A stretch of DNA of 64,000 bases. Origin: Oculina patagonica. Lineage: Eukaryota. Below the pieces are notes generated by a model that saw only the letters and a list, made by a program, of their open reading frames with translations, ran no database searches and was not told the origin of the DNA. Each line of letters opens with the position of its first letter. Position 1 is the first letter of the stretch. The translations under genes were made by a program, and so were the position numbers. The stretch covers positions 28,883,074 through 28,947,073 of the forward strand of contig NC_135760.1 in NCBI RefSeq assembly GCF_052425735.1, in the 5' to 3' direction. Positions 63,063 through 64,000 of this stretch are shown one piece after another.

Positions 63063-63785
63063 CTATGAATTGAAGGGAAAAAGCCGGTCAAGAGCTCCTC
63101 CCAAAACCGAGGTACTAAATTCAATTATCGAGATTCTATTTTTGTATTAATAGACTAAGGATAAAGCATGACGTTTATTTTTCCCGCGAACGGCAAAAAA
63201 ATCAACTTCTACCGTCTGCCGTTCGTACGCGGAATTGAGTAGTTTTGTGTTTGTCACGAATGGGATTTCCCCCCTTTTTTATGAGGTATTAATTTTATAA
63301 TTTGATAAAAAGGTAACAAAATGAAAGGCAAGCTCGCGTTTATCGTTTGCCGTATAACGTAAAGCTTTATCTCTCTATTCTAAAGAAACTTAAAACTCGA
63401 ATACTGGCCTTTTTATGCTTGTCAGTGACAACGTCAAAGTAATAGTTTATCTTTTTACATGTCATTTTGTCGCATATCTATGTCAAAGGCCGGATAATTC
63501 CTGAGTTTTAATGGGTTTACAGGCAATGGTATATGAGCTCATATACCATAGACCACAGATATGGTAGCCGATACGCGTTAACGAGAACAGCCGGGGAGAT
63601 CAATTATTGCAATTCTTTGGGCGTTTTTAATAAAACAATTATTCCACTCGCGCTTGTTGGAAATGAGATAGTTATAGCCAACGACGCACTACGCGCGTCG
63701 TTGGCTATCTGCCGTCTCATTTTCAACGCGCGCTCATGGAATAATTGTTAAATGATCTTTTTGGAATACGAGTAGATGCACTCAC

Positions 63786-63976
63786 CACAGCTTTTTGTTC
63801 TTGAAACCGAAGTAATACATGTAACATCCAAATTCTGTCTTCCCTTCATAAAACTTTTCCCGCTCCTTTGCAGTTTCATAATCAATCAGTTCACCAGCAT
63901 ATTCACACACAAACTGTCCTCTGGTGAAGTCTCGTTTAGCAAATACGCCTCTTCCTTTACCTTCCACTTCTTGAAC
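63786..63976 (-). CDS. KMT5A: KMT5A (PR-Set7/SETD8)-like histone H4K20 methyltransferase, SET-domain exon VQEVEGKGRGVFAKRDFTRGQFVCEYAGELIDYETAKEREKFYEGKTEFGCYMYYFGFKNKKL(C)
   Basis: Acceptor tttcag|GTT and donor CTGTG|GTGAGT. Matches SETD8 'DGKGRGVIATKQFSRGDFVVEYHGDLIEITDAKKREALYAQDPSTGCYMYYFQYLSKTYC'. Upstream exons lie beyond 64000. Confidence 0.85.
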
Positions 63977-64000
63977 CTGAAATCAAAATAAAAAAAATAT

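Noticed and set aside
1-64000. Prokaryotic-style features (operons, CRISPR arrays, defence islands, rRNA operons)
   Set aside because: All confidently identified genes have GT-AG introns and metazoan homologues. No direct-repeat/spacer arrays and no Shine-Dalgarno-led gene clusters. The window is eukaryotic nuclear DNA.

Overview
No prokaryotic-type system is present; this window is nuclear DNA from an AT-rich invertebrate animal genome (composition, spliced genes and tRNA-derived SINEs fit a cnidarian or similar invertebrate; taxon not determinable from sequence alone). I can reconstruct five spliced protein-coding genes by reading exons against conserved protein families. (1) A Pelota/Dom34 ribosome-rescue gene on the minus strand (exons 214-4593, 5' part continues beyond coordinate 1). 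(2) A NUDT6-like Nudix hydrolase on the plus strand (7 exons, 5970-16546), head-to-head with Pelota across a ~1.4 kb putative bidirectional promoter. (3) A large serine-rich and coiled-coil gene on the plus strand (~24860/25338-38311) with distant cytospin/SPECC1-like features; its 2.1 kb coiled-coil exon produces spurious antisense ORFs. (4) A PIPOX/sarcosine-oxidase-like FAD oxidoreductase on the minus strand (9 exons, 47324-55255); its summed exon length is 1186 nt (3n+1), and the extra base localises to an A9 homopolymer in exon 2, so this is either an assembly error or a recent pseudogene. (5) The last two SET-domain exons of a KMT5A (PR-Set7/SETD8)-like histone methyltransferase on the minus strand (62849-63976; gene continues beyond 64000). 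The intergenic and intronic space is dense with small non-autonomous elements: tRNA-derived SINEs of two families, several TIR-bounded MITEs (one with an 8-bp TSD, one with a 5-bp TSD and a paralogous empty site), palindromic hairpin elements, a 240-bp tandem repeat with an inverted copy 4.5 kb away, a non-LTR retrotransposon C-terminal fragment, and a ~2.9 kb compound inverted-repeat structure carrying tRNA-Ser-like pseudogenes around a perfect central hairpin. Two unrelated tRNA-like inserts are each flanked by unusually long (60-65 bp) direct duplications, which I consider the most unusual structural observation in the window.
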